This document shows, piece after piece, positions 10,681 through 20,637 of a DNA stretch of 51,878 bases. The position numbers and the translations under genes are program-made. The notes beneath the pieces were generated by a model that was not told the origin of the DNA, did not search any database, and worked only from the letters and a program-made list of their open reading frames with translations. The DNA is taken from positions 1 through 51,878 of the forward strand of contig JAKSCL010000323.1 of NCBI GenBank assembly GCA_022360615.1, read 5' to 3'. Source of the stretch: Hyphomicrobiales bacterium (GTDB lineage Bacteria; Pseudomonadota; Alphaproteobacteria; Rhizobiales; JAKSCL01). Position 1 is the first letter of the stretch. The number at the start of each line of letters is the position of its first letter.

Positions 10681-11277
10681 TTAAGGCATGGCGATTTTTT
10701 GTTTCAGTTCCGCAATGATTGTATCGACTTGCTCACGGGCACGTTCAAAGCCTTGTGACGTATCCACAATAAAGTCCGCGCGCTTGCGTTTCTCATGATC
10801 GGGTAGCTGCCGCTTGAGTATGGCTTTAAGTTTTTCCCCGGTCATACCGGGTCGTTCAAGAACCCGGCCCTTTTGGATATCGGGGTCAACCGTCGTCACG
10901 ACGATGGCATCGAAACGTTCAGGCGAACCGGTCTCGAACAGGAGCGGGATTTCATAGACGGCCATGTCATCGCCTGCGATTTTCGATTCGTTCGCAAAAC
11001 TGTCCTGCGCCTCCCGGACAAGCGGGTGCACAATAGCTTCGAGCACTTTGAGCGCGTTGGCGTCATCGAGAATACGTTCCGACAAGGCGTTACGGTCGAC
11101 GACGCCGTTCTTCGTGGTGCCGGGAAAGGCCTTTTCAATAAGCGGTGCGGCTGCCCCTTGATAGAGTCCGTGTACGGCGGCATCGGCGTTGAAAATCGGA
11201 ATGCCGCGTTCTGCGAACATTTTTGCTGTCGTTGATTTCCCCGTTCCGATCGATCCGGTCAGCCCGATACGCAACAT
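10681..11277 (-). CDS. coaE: dephospho-CoA kinase
   Basis: MLRIGLTGSIGTGKST P-loop. Start trimmed to ATG 11277, 2 nt after the aroE stop. Confidence 0.92.
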   Translation of the reverse strand: MLRIGLTGSIGTGKSTTAKMFAERGIPIFNADAAVHGLYQGAAAPLIEKAFPGTTKNGVVDRNALSERILDDANALKVLEAIVHPLVREAQDSFANESKIAGDDMAVYEIPLLFETGSPERFDAIVVTTVDPDIQKGRVLERPGMTGEKLKAILKRQLPDHEKRKRADFIVDTSQGFERAREQVDTIIAELKQKIAMP

Positions 11278-11279
11278 GG

Positions 11280-12128
11280 TCACACCGCCTTTTCGCGGAG
11301 TGCGGTAAGGACGGCCGTCCGCAAAGCCGGCGTGACTTGCGGCGTTAACCCAAACCAATGGGTGAATCCCAAAACGGCTTGATGCAGCAGCATGCCCAAA
11401 CCGTCGACGGTCCGAAGGCCGGTGCGTTCGGCTGCTTCAAGAAGCGGTGTTTTCAGGGGCGTGTAAACGATATCGGTGACAAGCGCGGTCGAAACGGCGG
11501 CGGAAAGATCGAGTTCAAGTGCAGTATGGCCGGCCATACCGAGGGTTGTTGTGTTGACGATAAGGTCTGCTCTTTCGACAGCAGTCTGAATTTTTTCCCA
11601 CTGAATGATTTCAGCGTCAATCCGAAGGTCGGCAAGCAATTGCCGGGCGCGGCCTTCGGTTCGGTTGGTGATGCGGATTTCAGGGACATTGCGGTTATCG
11701 AGCGCCTTTATGACGGCACGCGCCGCACCGCCCGCGCCGATCACCGTGGCGATCTGCACGCCTTCATCCCAGCCTGGCGAGCCCTCATCGAGATTGCCGA
11801 GGAACCCTGCGACATCGCTGTTGGCGCCGGCAAGGACATCGCCGTCAAACCAAAGCGTATTCACGGCACTGATGCCTTTAGCTGTTTCGTCTAAGCGATC
11901 CACCAGTCGGTAGGCTGTTTCTTTGTGGGGAACGGTGACATTTGCACCGACATATCCGTTGGCGCGGAGCGCCGATATAAAACCTGGAAATTCCCGTACC
12001 GCCACATGGGCGCGCTCATAAGCGGCGTTGACGCCGTATTGGGAAATCCAAAAGCCGTGAATGACCGGTGAGAGCGAATGGGCGATTGGATCGCCGATGA
12101 CGCAAGCTTTCTTCAGCAATGCCGTCAT
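11280..12128 (-). CDS. aroE: shikimate dehydrogenase
   Basis: IGDPIAHSLSPVIHGFW, NVTVPHK, GAGGAARA. ATG overlaps the maf stop (ATGA). Confidence 0.92.
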   Translation of the reverse strand: MTALLKKACVIGDPIAHSLSPVIHGFWISQYGVNAAYERAHVAVREFPGFISALRANGYVGANVTVPHKETAYRLVDRLDETAKGISAVNTLWFDGDVLAGANSDVAGFLGNLDEGSPGWDEGVQIATVIGAGGAARAVIKALDNRNVPEIRITNRTEGRARQLLADLRIDAEIIQWEKIQTAVERADLIVNTTTLGMAGHTALELDLSAAVSTALVTDIVYTPLKTPLLEAAERTGLRTVDGLGMLLHQAVLGFTHWFGLTPQVTPALRTAVLTALREKAV

Positions 12129-12781
12129 GAACTGAGTGCCGCATGATCGCGCAATGCATCAAGGAGTGGCAAAAGCGGCAGGCCGAGAACGGTGAAATAA
12201 TCGCCTTCTATACGTTCAAGCAGCTGCGCGCCTAGGCCTTCCAACTGATAGCCGCCCACGCTTTTCAATACGTCCTCGCCGGCTTCGGCGAGATAGGCGC
12301 CGACAAAGGCGGGAGATAATTTCCGCATTGTGACGTAAACCGTGTCGGCTCGGCGCCAGAGGATAATGCCATCGCGGACAAGCACGGAAGCCGAAATAAG
12401 ACAGTGGGTTTTGCCGGCCATATCGAGAAGCTGCCGCCGGACTTTGGCGATATTTGGCGATTTTGAAAGGAGTGCGCCGTTAAAGGAAAGAACCTGATCG
12501 GCCCCTATGATCACCTTGCCGCGATGGCGGTTGGATACGTCGGTTGCCTTTGCTTCAGCAAGAAGCACGGCAAGGTCGCCAGCCTGCATATTAGGATCCC
12601 GTAAAAGAGCAGCCTTGACGGCATCCTCGTCGATTGACGAGGGTTCGACATCGAAAACGAGGCCGGTATTTTCCAGCATTTGGCGTCTGATGGATGAGCC
12701 GGAGGCGAGCACAAGGGGCGGCGCGTCTTCCGGCTGGAAGGGGCGGTATGCGAGGGATGCCGTCGATCCGTTTTCTCTCAT
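12125..12781 (-). CDS. maf: Maf-family nucleoside triphosphate pyrophosphatase
   Basis: [14 protein letters not shown]...GADQV...GGYQLEG. ATG overlaps the upstream stop (ATGA). Confidence 0.9.
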   Translation of the reverse strand: MRENGSTASLAYRPFQPEDAPPLVLASGSSIRRQMLENTGLVFDVEPSSIDEDAVKAALLRDPNMQAGDLAVLLAEAKATDVSNRHRGKVIIGADQVLSFNGALLSKSPNIAKVRRQLLDMAGKTHCLISASVLVRDGIILWRRADTVYVTMRKLSPAFVGAYLAEAGEDVLKSVGGYQLEGLGAQLLERIEGDYFTVLGLPLLPLLDALRDHAALSS

Positions 12782-13641
12782 GGCGCGCGTTCGTGCTCCG
12801 CTGTTTCGAGCGCTTCCTTGTGTTTACGCCAAAGCTGAAGAATGCCTGCAGCCGTCTCTTCAATGGATCGCCGCGTTACGTCAATGACGGGCCAGTTGTT
12901 GCTGGCAAAGAGTTTGCGGCTAAACGCGATTTCATCGGAGATCGCATCCTGGTCCACATAGCTATCATCTTGTTCCCCCTGCATGGCCAAGAGCCGGTTT
13001 TGGCGGATTTGACGTATGCGATCGGGGCTTGCGACGAGACCGACGACAAGAGCGGTTGTCAGCGTCTTGACTTCTTTCGGCACCGGAACGTGCGGAACCA
13101 ATGGGATGTTCGCGACTTTGAGCCCGCGGTTGGCAAGATAGATGCTCGTTGGCGTTTTCGATGTGCGGCTTACCCCAACAAGCACGATGTCGGCTTCGCT
13201 TAAGCCGCTCGGGCTTTGACCGTCATCGTGAAAGAGCGTGTAGTTCAGTGCGTCGATGCGCTTGAAATAAGACGTATCGAGTACGTGCTGGGCGCCGGCA
13301 CGCGGCGTTGTTTGCGGTACGCCCAGATAGCTCCGGAAAACATTGAGAACCGGGTCAAGGACGGAAACGCAGGGGCAGGAGATTTCTGCGCATTTCTTTT
13401 CGAACCAATCGCCAAGTTTCTCGTCCACCAAAGTGTAAAGAACGATACCCGGTGCTTCCTCGATATCGCGCATGACCGACTCAAGCTGATTCTGAGACCG
13501 GATGAGGGAATAGACGTGTTCAATCGCACGCGCCTTGGGGTAACGGGCGGCGGCGGCCCGGGTGACCGTTAAAAGCGTTTCGCCGGTCGAATCGGAGACG
13601 AGATGAAGGTGAAAATAGCTGTGGGCGCGCCGTGTGCCCAT
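12778..13641 (-). CDS. DUF299 kinase/pyrophosphorylase (PpsR/PDRP-like bifunctional regulator)
   Basis: [12 protein letters not shown]-terminus and [12 protein letters not shown]-loop-like motif. Corresponds in position to RP001/duf299 next to alphaproteobacterial origins. Confidence 0.9.
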   Translation of the reverse strand: MGTRRAHSYFHLHLVSDSTGETLLTVTRAAAARYPKARAIEHVYSLIRSQNQLESVMRDIEEAPGIVLYTLVDEKLGDWFEKKCAEISCPCVSVLDPVLNVFRSYLGVPQTTPRAGAQHVLDTSYFKRIDALNYTLFHDDGQSPSGLSEADIVLVGVSRTSKTPTSIYLANRGLKVANIPLVPHVPVPKEVKTLTTALVVGLVASPDRIRQIRQNRLLAMQGEQDDSYVDQDAISDEIAFSRKLFASNNWPVIDVTRRSIEETAAGILQLWRKHKEALETAEHERAP

Positions 13642-13720
13642 GAGGGACCTGCTTGGATAAGTCGTGGCTTGTTCATGGCTGCTTTAAAGCATTCTGAATA
13701 AATGCTGCTGTACCGCCGCA

Positions 13721-13729
13721 TTGTCCACA
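13721..13729 (+). promoter_or_regulatory. DnaA-box-like site TTGTCCACA
   Basis: 8/9 match to TTATCCACA. Confidence 0.5.
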
Positions 13730-13807
13730 GCGAATCCCAACGGTTGGCGTTGCGAAGATGTTTTTGAGCGCTGTGCCTGATTGGTTAATGAAATCTAAAT
13801 GGGGGTG

Positions 13808-13816
13808 TGATCCACA
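13808..13816 (+). promoter_or_regulatory. DnaA-box-like site TGATCCACA (same as the Caulobacter G-box form as I recall it)
   Basis: 8/9 match to TTATCCACA. Confidence 0.55.
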
Positions 13817-13933
13817 GCTTGCCATCAAGAAAGACGCAAGGCGGTCAGCGGGAAGATGTTGAACCATCTTTGGTTTTAAAATTAGTCCCGTTGTCAGGCG
13901 ATATAAGGTGAAATCAGCTTTAGAATGGCTTGT

Positions 13934-13942
13934 GGTGGATAA
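13934..13942 (-). promoter_or_regulatory. DnaA-box-like site TTATCCACC
   Basis: Reverse complement of ggtggataa. 8/9 match to TTATCCACA. Confidence 0.5.
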
Positions 13943-14046
13943 CCGGTGAATGGCAGCGGATTGTGTCGGATGACGGCTATCCACCCTCAAACAGATAAAG
14001 AAGAAAGAATGGAATCTAGAATCCTTATCTTTTTAGAGGCGTGGGG

Positions 14047-15069
14047 ATGAGTTCATTCATTTCCGTTCTTCAGGGCGAAACCATGACCCCTCCGCCGATT
14101 TGGCTCATGCGCCAGGCTGGACGCTATTTGCCAGAGTACCGGGAGGTACGGGCAAAGGCGGGGGGATTTTTGGATCTTTGCTACCGGCCGGAGCTTGCTG
14201 CCGAAGTAACGCTTCAGCCCATCAGGCGCTTCGACTTTGATGCGGCCATCATTTTTTCGGATATTCTCGTTGTGCCGCATGCGCTTGGCCAAAGGCTTTG
14301 GTTTGAAGAGGGTGAAGGCCCGCGGCTTGATCCAATCGGGACGGCGGGTGATCTTTCGCCATATGACGGGGAGAAACTGCTGAGCCATCTGGAGCCAGTC
14401 TTTGAGGCGGTTGCGCAAACCCGGGCGGAGCTTGACGATGAAAAGGCGCTCATCGGCTTTTGCGGGGCGCCGTGGACCGTTGCGAGCTATATGATCGCGG
14501 GCCGCGGGACGCCCGATCTCGCACCGATTAGAGCTGTCGCAAAGGAGGCGCCGGAGCGCCTTCAAACCGTTATCGATCTGCTTGTCGAGGCCTCCAGCGA
14601 TTATCTTTGCCGGAAGGTGGAAGCAGGGGTTGATTGCCTGCAGATCTTCGAGAGCTGGGCGGGCGTGCTCGAAGGCGCTGACTTCGACCGTTGGTCGCTT
14701 GAGCCGGTTGGCCGGATCATTGAACGCGTCCGCCGCCAGCATCCCCATATCCCAATCATTGTTTTTCCGAGGAAGTCGGGTGAAGGCTATCTAAAGGTGG
14801 TGGAGAGGCTCCCTGTCCAGGCCGTTTCTCTAGATCAGACTGTCGATCTTGAATGGGCAAAAGAGGTCCTGCAATCGAACGTGGCCCTTCAAGGCAATAT
14901 CGATCCTGGCCTGTTGATCGAGGGCGGTGATGGGTTGCAGCGTGCTGTCGACACGCTTTTGGAGACGCTTGGAAACGGGCCGCTCATCGTCAACCTCGGG
15001 CACGGGATCGACAAGACAACGCCGATTGAACATGTTCACCAGCTTGTCGACCGGGTCAGGGGCCGATGA
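14047..15069 (+). CDS. hemE: uroporphyrinogen decarboxylase
   Basis: PPIWLMRQAGRYLPEYR signature. ATG 14047 preceded by GAGG. Confidence 0.93.
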   Translation: MSSFISVLQGETMTPPPIWLMRQAGRYLPEYREVRAKAGGFLDLCYRPELAAEVTLQPIRRFDFDAAIIFSDILVVPHALGQRLWFEEGEGPRLDPIGTAGDLSPYDGEKLLSHLEPVFEAVAQTRAELDDEKALIGFCGAPWTVASYMIAGRGTPDLAPIRAVAKEAPERLQTVIDLLVEASSDYLCRKVEAGVDCLQIFESWAGVLEGADFDRWSLEPVGRIIERVRRQHPHIPIIVFPRKSGEGYLKVVERLPVQAVSLDQTVDLEWAKEVLQSNVALQGNIDPGLLIEGGDGLQRAVDTLLETLGNGPLIVNLGHGIDKTTPIEHVHQLVDRVRGR

Positions 15070-15584
15070 TTGAAGGCGGTGTCAAATGGAGCCGTGGCAT
15101 CTGGTTTCTTGGCATTACGGCGGTTCTAACGGCGCTTTTGTTTTTGCTTGCTCCTGCGGCGGCATACCCCTGGGTGAAGGCTTTCCATGTGATCGCGATC
15201 ATCGCCTGGATGGCGGCGATGCTCTATTTGCCCCGCCTTTTTGTTTACCACGCGGATGTGGCGTGCGGATCGGCGCAATCCGAAACCTTTAAAATCATGG
15301 AACGCCGGCTTTTGCGGGCGATCATGAATCCGGCCATGGTGGTAAGCTGGGCGCTCGGGTTGTGGTTAGCGCATACGGGCTATCAGTTCATAGGCGGGTG
15401 GTTGCATGCGAAGATTTTTTTGGTCCTCGTCATGTCGGGTGTGCACGGCTATTATTCGATGGCCGTTAGGGCGTTCGCCGAGGATCGAAACCGGCGCTCG
15501 CAAAGGCATTGGCGCTTTATGAATGAGGTCCCGACGCTCCTGATGGTTGCGATTGTCATACTCGTTGTCGTCAGGCCTTTTTGA
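15066..15584 (+). CDS. hemJ: protoporphyrinogen oxidase HemJ (UPF0093 family membrane protein)
   Basis: KAFHVIAIIAWMAAMLYLPRLFVYH motif and multiple hydrophobic helices (I did not count them). ATG overlaps the hemE stop (ATGA). Confidence 0.85.
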   Translation: MIEGGVKWSRGIWFLGITAVLTALLFLLAPAAAYPWVKAFHVIAIIAWMAAMLYLPRLFVYHADVACGSAQSETFKIMERRLLRAIMNPAMVVSWALGLWLAHTGYQFIGGWLHAKIFLVLVMSGVHGYYSMAVRAFAEDRNRRSQRHWRFMNEVPTLLMVAIVILVVVRPF

Positions 15585-15776
15585 GAAAAGAAGGGGTCTT
15601 TGCCGCTATCATTGCGGAATCGCCCTTGAAACGAATCAAAGCGTCGCGTACATCTCAATCATTCCCACGAAAACCTAGTCGGGCGCCCGTGCCTAAAGGC
15701 ACGAAACGATAAGCGAAGCTCGGCATGTGTTTGTCGCGAACTCTTCCCTTCCCATGCTTTCTCATAAAGGTTCCCC

Positions 15777-17042
15777 ATGCGGGAAATGAAGTTACAGGAA
15801 CTCAAGACAAAAACCCCCACGGAGCTTTTGACGTTCGCGGAAGAGCTTGAGGTCGAGAACGCCAGCACCTTGCGAAAGCAGGAGCTGATGTTTGCGATCC
15901 TGAAGCAGCTTGCGGGTCAAGAAGTCGAGATCATGGGAGAAGGCGTTGTGGAAGTGCTGCAGGATGGTTTCGGCTTCCTGCGCTCACCGGACGCGAACTA
16001 TCTCCCTGGCCCGGACGATATCTATGTCAGTCCGAGCCAGATTCGACGCTTCAGCTTGCGTACCGGCGATACCGTCGAAGGTGAAATCAGAAGTCCGAAG
16101 GACGGTGAGCGTTATTTCGCGCTTTTGAAGGTCAACCGGATCAATTTCGAGGACCCGGAAAAAGGCCGTCACAAGATCCACTTCGATAATCTGACGCCGC
16201 TCTATCCCGATGAAAGGCTTGGGATGGAGATTGAAGATCCGACGATTAAGGATTTGTCGGCGCGGGTGATCGATTTGGTCGCGCCGCTCGGTAAAGGTCA
16301 GCGGGCTCTCATCGTGGCGCCGCCGCGCACCGGCAAAACGGTTCTTCTGCAGAACATCGCCCACTCCATCACCACGAATCATCCAGAATGCTATCTGATC
16401 GTTCTTTTGATCGATGAGCGGCCGGAAGAAGTGACGGACATGCAGCGCTCAGTCCGTGGCGAGGTCGTGAGCTCTACATTCGACGAACCGGCAGTCCGGC
16501 ACGTCCAGGTCGCCGAGATGGTGATCGAAAAGGCCAAGCGCCTCGTTGAGCACGGCCGCGACGTGGTCATTTTGCTGGATTCGATCACGCGGCTTGGCCG
16601 TGCTTACAACACGGTGGTTCCGTCATCCGGCAAGGTTCTGACGGGCGGTGTCGACGCAAATGCCTTGCAGAGACCGAAGCGGTTTTTTGGGGCGGCGCGG
16701 AATATCGAAGAAGGCGGTTCGTTGACGATCATCGCAACGGCGCTCATCGATACGGGCAGCCGCATGGACGAGGTCATCTTCGAGGAGTTCAAGGGCACCG
16801 GTAACTCTGAGATTGTTCTTGACCGCAAAGTCGCGGATAAGCGCACATTCCCGTCCATGGACATTCAGCGGTCCGGCACACGTAAGGAAGAACTCCTCGT
16901 TTCGAAAGAGGACCTTAAAAAGACTTTCGTGCTCCGCCGTATCCTTGCTCCGATGGGTACGGTCGACGCTATTGAATTTTTAGTCGATAAGCTGCGGCAG
17001 ACGAAAAACAATGCCGAATTCTTCGAATCGATGAATACGTAA
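15777..17042 (+). CDS. rho: transcription termination factor Rho
   Basis: [18 protein letters not shown]-binding domain, Walker A PPRTGKT, 421 aa. Confidence 0.97.
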   Translation: MREMKLQELKTKTPTELLTFAEELEVENASTLRKQELMFAILKQLAGQEVEIMGEGVVEVLQDGFGFLRSPDANYLPGPDDIYVSPSQIRRFSLRTGDTVEGEIRSPKDGERYFALLKVNRINFEDPEKGRHKIHFDNLTPLYPDERLGMEIEDPTIKDLSARVIDLVAPLGKGQRALIVAPPRTGKTVLLQNIAHSITTNHPECYLIVLLIDERPEEVTDMQRSVRGEVVSSTFDEPAVRHVQVAEMVIEKAKRLVEHGRDVVILLDSITRLGRAYNTVVPSSGKVLTGGVDANALQRPKRFFGAARNIEEGGSLTIIATALIDTGSRMDEVIFEEFKGTGNSEIVLDRKVADKRTFPSMDIQRSGTRKEELLVSKEDLKKTFVLRRILAPMGTVDAIEFLVDKLRQTKNNAEFFESMNT

Positions 17043-17043
17043 T

Positions 17044-17072
17044 AGCTGGCCGCCATAGGCGGCTGGCTTTAT
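17044..17072 (+). terminator. hairpin plus short U tract immediately after rho
   Basis: AGCTGGCCGCC-ata-GGCGGCTGGCT (11 bp including 2 G-U pairs) followed by TTTAT. Confidence 0.5.
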
Positions 17073-17239
17073 CGTCCTTCGAGGGACGTTAGGCTCCTGG
17101 CAACATCGTTGCTTACACATCAGTGAAACCTATCTGGTTTGTGACGGGCCTTTAATCGATTCGTATTCGAAACAAGTCCCCAAGTGAAATATCTGATTGA
17201 TGAAAGCGGTTGGATTGAACCGTTTCACGGTGAGAGGGT

Positions 17240-18568
17240 ATGCGAAACGCCGAAACGATCGTCGCCTTATCGAGCGGATCGGGAAAAGCGGGCGTTGCCG
17301 TTATCCGGATTTCCGGTCCTAAAACTCGATTCATTCTCGAAACGATTCTTAGTCGATTCCCGGAACCGCGGACCGCGGTCGTCCGACGGATTTACCACCC
17401 TGTTTCACGTGAAACATTGGACCGAGGCTTGGTATTGTGGTTTCCAAAACCTCACAGTTTTACGGGTGAAGATACCGCCGAACTGCACGTGCATGGCAGC
17501 CGGTCAGTTGTTTCAGAAACTTTACGGGCGCTTGGTGATTTGCCTGACGTTCGCTTAGCGAGGGCTGGCGAATTTGCAAGACGTGCCTTCATAAACGGCC
17601 GTATCGATTTGACCGAGGCGGAAGGTCTGGCCGATCTTATTGATTCTGAAACGGAACAACAACGTAAACAAGCGCTTCGCCAAATTGAGGGATATTTCAA
17701 GTCACTTATCGATTCGTGGCGGGAACAAACTCTTAATGCCCTTGCGTTGGCTGAGGCGCATTTCGACTTTGCTGACGAGGACGACGTGGAGGCGGAGATT
17801 CTCACGCAAGCCGTGGGTTTAGCACGCGTTGTTGCAGACGAGATCACGACGCGGTTGGACGATGCGCGGACCGGTGAACGGATTCGCGATGGATTGGTTA
17901 TTGTTATTGCCGGCGCGCCGAACGCAGGTAAGTCCACACTTTTAAACCGTATTGCTGAGCGCGATATCGCAATAGTCTCGGACATACCGGGTACAACCCG
18001 GGATGTCCTGGAGGTCAGACTCGATCTTGGGGGTTACGCGGCCACCCTCGTTGATACGGCAGGGATTCGGGCGAGTAACGATGATATCGAGAAAGAGGGG
18101 ATAAACCGGGCACGCCGCTACATCGACAATGCGGATCTGGTTCTTTGGCTTCAAGATGTAACGGATGTTTTGGTTCCCGAAGATATAGTGAGCGGACCGG
18201 TGAGGTGGCGGATTGGGACGAAAGCCGATTTGGTTTTGCCGCAATCCCTGGAGTCCTCCGTTTACGATCTGGTTGTGTCGGTGAAGAGCGGGGATGGCGT
18301 GAATGCCTTGCTACAAGCGCTGCTTCGATTCGCAAATGAAACATTCGATGATCACAGCGATGCGGTGATTACGCGGGAACGGCATCGGGAGGCGCTGTCC
18401 GAAACGGTCTCTCATCTTCAATCCTTTCTAAGGCCGGATGGGCGGACGGAGGATCTTCGCGTTGAGGATTTGCGGCAGGCGGCGCACAGTCTTGGCCGGA
18501 TCACCGGGACTGTTGATGTCGAGGATTTGCTTGGCCGGATTTTTTCGCGATTTTGTGTCGGCAAATAA
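17240..18568 (+). CDS. mnmE: tRNA modification GTPase MnmE
   Basis: ETIVALSSGSGKAGVAVIRISG, G-domain GAPNAGKSTLLN / DTAG, C-terminal FCVGK. Confidence 0.95.
   Translation: MRNAETIVALSSGSGKAGVAVIRISGPKTRFILETILSRFPEPRTAVVRRIYHPVSRETLDRGLVLWFPKPHSFTGEDTAELHVHGSRSVVSETLRALGDLPDVRLARAGEFARRAFINGRIDLTEAEGLADLIDSETEQQRKQALRQIEGYFKSLIDSWREQTLNALALAEAHFDFADEDDVEAEILTQAVGLARVVADEITTRLDDARTGERIRDGLVIVIAGAPNAGKSTLLNRIAERDIAIVSDIPGTTRDVLEVRLDLGGYAATLVDTAGIRASNDDIEKEGINRARRYIDNADLVLWLQDVTDVLVPEDIVSGPVRWRIGTKADLVLPQSLESSVYDLVVSVKSGDGVNALLQALLRFANETFDDHSDAVITRERHREALSETVSHLQSFLRPDGRTEDLRVEDLRQAAHSLGRITGTVDVEDLLGRIFSRFCVGK
17401..17416. promoter_or_regulatory. parS centromere-like site (perfect TGTTTCACGTGAAACA), inside mnmE
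   Basis: Exact 16-bp palindrome matching the canonical ParB-binding parS consensus. Confidence 0.85.
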
Positions 18569-18579
18569 TTGGCGCGGAA

Positions 18580-18595
18580 TGTTTCACGTGAAACA
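18580..18595. promoter_or_regulatory. parS centromere-like site (perfect TGTTTCACGTGAAACA), in the mnmE-mnmG spacer
   Basis: Exact 16-bp palindrome. Confidence 0.85.
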
Positions 18596-18752
18596 CCTTA
18601 TTCGATTCGGCTCCGTTCCTCTCCGATTCGGTCCCGTATCTTTTTCACCATGCGCCATGAGACGGTGTTGTCGGCGAGAATGTCTTGAGAATCGCTCGGT
18701 TTTCCATCAAATAGCCGGATAGAGTTTCGAAATCCTTTTAGCGGTGAGCGTG

Positions 18753-20615
18753 ATGAAAGCAGACGTGGTCATTGTGGGTGGCGGGCATGCGGGCACGGAG
18801 GCTGCGGCATCGGCGGCGCGCATGGGCGCTGCAACCGTTCTTATCACGCACCGTTTCGATACCATCGGCGTCATGTCGTGCAATCCAGCCATCGGCGGGC
18901 TCGGCAAGGGCCATTTGGTCCGTGAGATAGACGCGCTTGATGGTTTGATGGGCCGTGCGGCTGATGCCGCAGGTATCCAGTTCCGCATGCTCAACCGCCG
19001 TAAAGGCCATGCCGTGCGGGGTCCCCGCGCTCAGTCCGACCGTCAACTTTACCGAAAGGCCATGCAGACGGCGATTCGGGCACAGAACAATCTCACGGTT
19101 GTCGAAGCCGAAGCCGCCGGCTTGGAGATCGAAGAGGATCGATTCGTCGCCGTTTTGACCGCCGATGGGAAACGCATTGAGGCGGGTGCTGCGGTCTTCA
19201 CGACGGGTACGTTTCTGCGCGGTGTCATCCATATCGGGGATGAGCGCATTCCAGCCGGCCGCGTCGGTGATTCTCCGGCCGTCCGTTTGGCTGAAGCTTT
19301 TGACGGACTCGGCTTCGAAATGGGGCGCCTGAAAACGGGGACGCCACCGCGGCTCGATGGGCGGACGATCGACTGGGAAGGTCTCGAAAGGCAGCCGGGA
19401 GACAATCGGCCGGTCCCCTTTTCCTTCCTGACGGACGAGATTACGACACCGCAGATCGATTGCCATATTACCCGCACAACGCCTGAAACCCATAAGATCA
19501 TTGAGGCAAACCTCTCGCGTTCCGCCATGTATGGCGGCCATATTGAGGGTCAGGGCCCGCGTTATTGCCCGTCGATCGAGGACAAGATCGTCAAATTCGG
19601 CGAGCGGGACGGCCATCAGATCTTCCTTGAACCGGAAGGGCTGGACGACGATACGGTCTATCCGAACGGGATCTCCACCAGCCTCCCAGAAGACGTGCAG
19701 CGGGATTTTCTGAAAACCATTCCAGGGCTCGAAAACGCGGCGATCCTGCAGCCCGGCTATGCGATTGAATATGATTACATCGATCCGCGCGCCTTGAAAC
19801 CGACACTGGAAACCAAGCGGGTGGCGGGCCTTTTCCTCGCCGGGCAGATCAATGGCACGACGGGTTACGAAGAGGCGGCAGCGCAAGGACTGGTCGCCGG
19901 CTTGAACGCTGCGTCCTTTGTCGATGGCGGTGAACCGATCCTGTTTGACCGGGCCACATCCTATATCGGTGTGATGATCGATGATCTCACGCACCGGGGT
20001 GTTGCGGAGCCTTACCGCATGTTCACTTCACGGGCGGAATACCGCTTGTCGTTGAGGGTGGATAACGCGGATCGGAGGTTGACGCCGGAAGGCATGGCCA
20101 TTGGCTGTGTTGGCGGTGAGCGCGAGGCCGTGTTTAAAGCCAAGAAAGAGCGGTTCGACCGGATCATCGCGCTGGCAAAGCGCTTATCACTTACACCCGC
20201 TGAAGCGGTAAGGCACGGGCTTCGTGTCAATCAGGATGGCGTTCGCCGTTCCGCCTTCGATCTTCTTGCCTTTCCGGATATGGATTGCGCCCGGCTTGGC
20301 GCCGTCTGGCCGGAACTGAATGCTTTCGACGCTGAAAGTATCGAGCAGTTGGAGATCGAGGCGAAATATGCCGTCTATCTTGAACGCCAGGCGGCCGATA
20401 TTGAACGGATGCGGCGAGAGGAGTCCGTCGCAATCCCGAAGGATTTTGCCTACGAGCAAGTGGCGGGCCTCTCGAACGAACTCAAGCAAAAACTCAGCCT
20501 GCAGCAGCCTATGACGCTCCGCGACGCTTCGCATATCGAAGGCATCACCCCGGCGGCGCTCACGCTCATCCTTGCGCATGTGAAACAGGCCGGAAATGAA
20601 CGGCAGCGCGCATAA
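18753..20615 (+). CDS. mnmG: tRNA uridine 5-carboxymethylaminomethyl modification enzyme MnmG (GidA)
   Basis: [18 protein letters not shown] motif and [27 protein letters not shown] 18753 preferred over GTG 18744. Confidence 0.96.
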   Translation: MKADVVIVGGGHAGTEAAASAARMGAATVLITHRFDTIGVMSCNPAIGGLGKGHLVREIDALDGLMGRAADAAGIQFRMLNRRKGHAVRGPRAQSDRQLYRKAMQTAIRAQNNLTVVEAEAAGLEIEEDRFVAVLTADGKRIEAGAAVFTTGTFLRGVIHIGDERIPAGRVGDSPAVRLAEAFDGLGFEMGRLKTGTPPRLDGRTIDWEGLERQPGDNRPVPFSFLTDEITTPQIDCHITRTTPETHKIIEANLSRSAMYGGHIEGQGPRYCPSIEDKIVKFGERDGHQIFLEPEGLDDDTVYPNGISTSLPEDVQRDFLKTIPGLENAAILQPGYAIEYDYIDPRALKPTLETKRVAGLFLAGQINGTTGYEEAAAQGLVAGLNAASFVDGGEPILFDRATSYIGVMIDDLTHRGVAEPYRMFTSRAEYRLSLRVDNADRRLTPEGMAIGCVGGEREAVFKAKKERFDRIIALAKRLSLTPAEAVRHGLRVNQDGVRRSAFDLLAFPDMDCARLGAVWPELNAFDAESIEQLEIEAKYAVYLERQAADIERMRREESVAIPKDFAYEQVAGLSNELKQKLSLQQPMTLRDASHIEGITPAALTLILAHVKQAGNERQRA

Positions 20616-20637
20616 CACTGAAACGCGCGTTGTTTGG

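Larger units (their letters stand above)
13642..14046. other. putative chromosomal replication origin (oriC) between DUF299 and hemE
   Basis: 405-bp non-coding gap in the conserved hemE / duf299-maf-aroE-coaE-dnaQ context. Several DnaA-box-like 9-mers, an AT-rich tract at 13990-14036, three GANTC sites, and genes diverging on both sides. Confidence 0.7.

Noticed and set aside
13673-13990. 105-aa ORF inside the DUF299-hemE gap
   Set aside because: It has no RBS, odd composition and locally low GC. The region is better explained as oriC (DnaA boxes, AT-rich tract).
17120-17232. parS half-sites GTGAAAC (about 17126) and GTTTCAC (about 17222) in the rho-mnmE gap
   Set aside because: These are isolated 7-mers about 100 bp apart. 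About six such 7-mers are expected by chance in the window, and a similar number occur elsewhere (for example near 2143, 37378 and 47975).
18738-19994. 418-aa ORF on the minus strand
   Set aside because: It is antisense to the clearly genuine mnmG. It is a shadow ORF with an Arg-rich, non-protein-like composition.
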